A DNA stretch of 64,000 nucleotides from Paramoeba atlantica (lineage: Eukaryota; Protista; Discosea). The notes beneath the pieces are model-generated. The model saw only the letters and a program-made list of their open reading frames with translations, was not told where the DNA came from and searched no databases. Each line of letters begins with the position of its first letter. Position 1 is the first letter of the stretch. Of the stretch, positions 63,214 to 64,000 are shown one piece after another. The position numbers and the translations under genes are program-made. The stretch is taken from positions 434,001-498,000 of the forward strand of contig CDRNVI010000043.1 of assembly GCA_977017575.1 (NCBI GenBank), in the 5' to 3' direction.

Positions 63214-63453
63214 GAATTACATAAACTTTTATCTGAATATCAATTTGCCTTGTGGATTTGGTTCTGTCTTTATGTCACCGGTTTTCGGTAGTACGAAAAG
63301 TGTTGCGAGCAATACATCTTCAAAAAAATCATTTTAGGGAAATAAGATACATGATTATGACTACATGCAAAATCTTAGTAAAGTTATAAGAATGATTACG
63401 CGCATGTATCATTGATGCAATAATTCGTGCCAGACGCCTTTAGGAGTTATTGT

Positions 63454-64000
63454 TTAAATGGCGCAACCCCACAGACGAAGCACACAATCATCACATCCGG
63501 TCATGAGAGATTGCTGTGTTGGTGAAGCCTCAAGACTACGGGCAGTACCTGGGTGAATGAGGCGGCACAATTGCTGCTCAGAATGAACGTCATATCCTAT
63601 TACTACGCAGTCCTCGGCGTCTGCATTTGTCACAATGACGTTCTCGCGGAAAAGGAACCGTGCGGTCGGTCGTTGAAGTGCATTCAGTTGCTGGGGCGTG
63701 CCATAGGTTCTTACCGCTGTGCAGAATTTTCGCAAATCCCACAAAATACAACGGTTGTCACGCCCGGCACTTAGCAAATAGTTGCCTGTACGTGAAAATC
63801 GAACACTGGTGACATCCACTCCGGAGTGCGCCTGTGTGTTGTTGTGCGTAAGCTCCGCACTCGCACCGTCCCACACTTTCAAAGTGCCATCTGCACTACC
63901 AGTTGCGAAGAGATCCCCATCCGGGTGCAGCGCAAGATCCCAAACCGTGTGTTGATGCGCGTCGGATTCGGAGACGGCACTGGTCAACGTGGCGCTGGTC
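63454..64000 (-). CDS. CSTF1: WD40 protein, cleavage stimulation factor 50-kDa subunit-like; 5' end probably beyond window
   Basis: VTSVRFSRTGNYLLSAGRDN..LWDL..YG..ARF..SPTQQSLMTGCDD..LRLW matches the CstF50 C-terminus pattern. Confidence 0.75.
   Translation of the reverse strand, partial: TSATLTSAVSESDAHQHTVWDLALHPDGDLFATGSADGTLKVWDGASAELTHNNTQAHSGVDVTSVRFSRTGNYLLSAGRDNRCILWDLRKFCTAVRTYGTPQQLNALQRPTARFLFRENVIVTNADAEDCVVIGYDVHSEQQLCRLIHPGTARSLEASPTQQSLMTGCDDCVLRLWGCAI

Noticed and set aside
1-64000. Reassigned stop codons as in Blastocrithidia
   Set aside because: Conserved genes translate uninterrupted with the standard code; in-frame stops occur only in TE pseudogenes.

Overview
Intron-free eukaryotic DNA. 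About 36 host genes all lie on the minus strand, like a kinetoplastid polycistronic cluster. A Perkinsela-like prokinetoplastid is inferred from gene orientation, the BiP C-terminus MEDL, a half-degenerate deoxyhypusine synthase and a dispersed LRR family; this is not confirmed. Host genes include alpha-tubulin, BiP, 2-Cys peroxiredoxin, RPS19, RPL7, mitochondrial uL4, DBP10, UTP23, CDC73, RPC5, RPC17, CstF50 and DHS. There are two mobile-element islands. The first (about 4.9-15.8 kb) holds a degenerate bacterial-type IS30, a Merlin/IS1595 transposase in a three-layer nest, and several TA-flanked MITE-like elements. The second (40.9-47.2 kb) is an hAT-like shell with a perfect 8-bp TSD. It encloses a CRE/SLACS-type RLE retrotransposon with a 2A-like peptide and 147-bp coding repeats, next to nested poly(A)-tailed structured repeats. 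The most unusual signal is six GC-rich islands of about 0.6-1.4 kb, each C-rich on the left and G-rich on the right of the plus strand. In alpha-tubulin and uL4m this flips synonymous codon usage mid-gene, which suggests a strand-asymmetric process such as replication origins or bidirectional R-loops. All compositional statements were read by eye, not computed.
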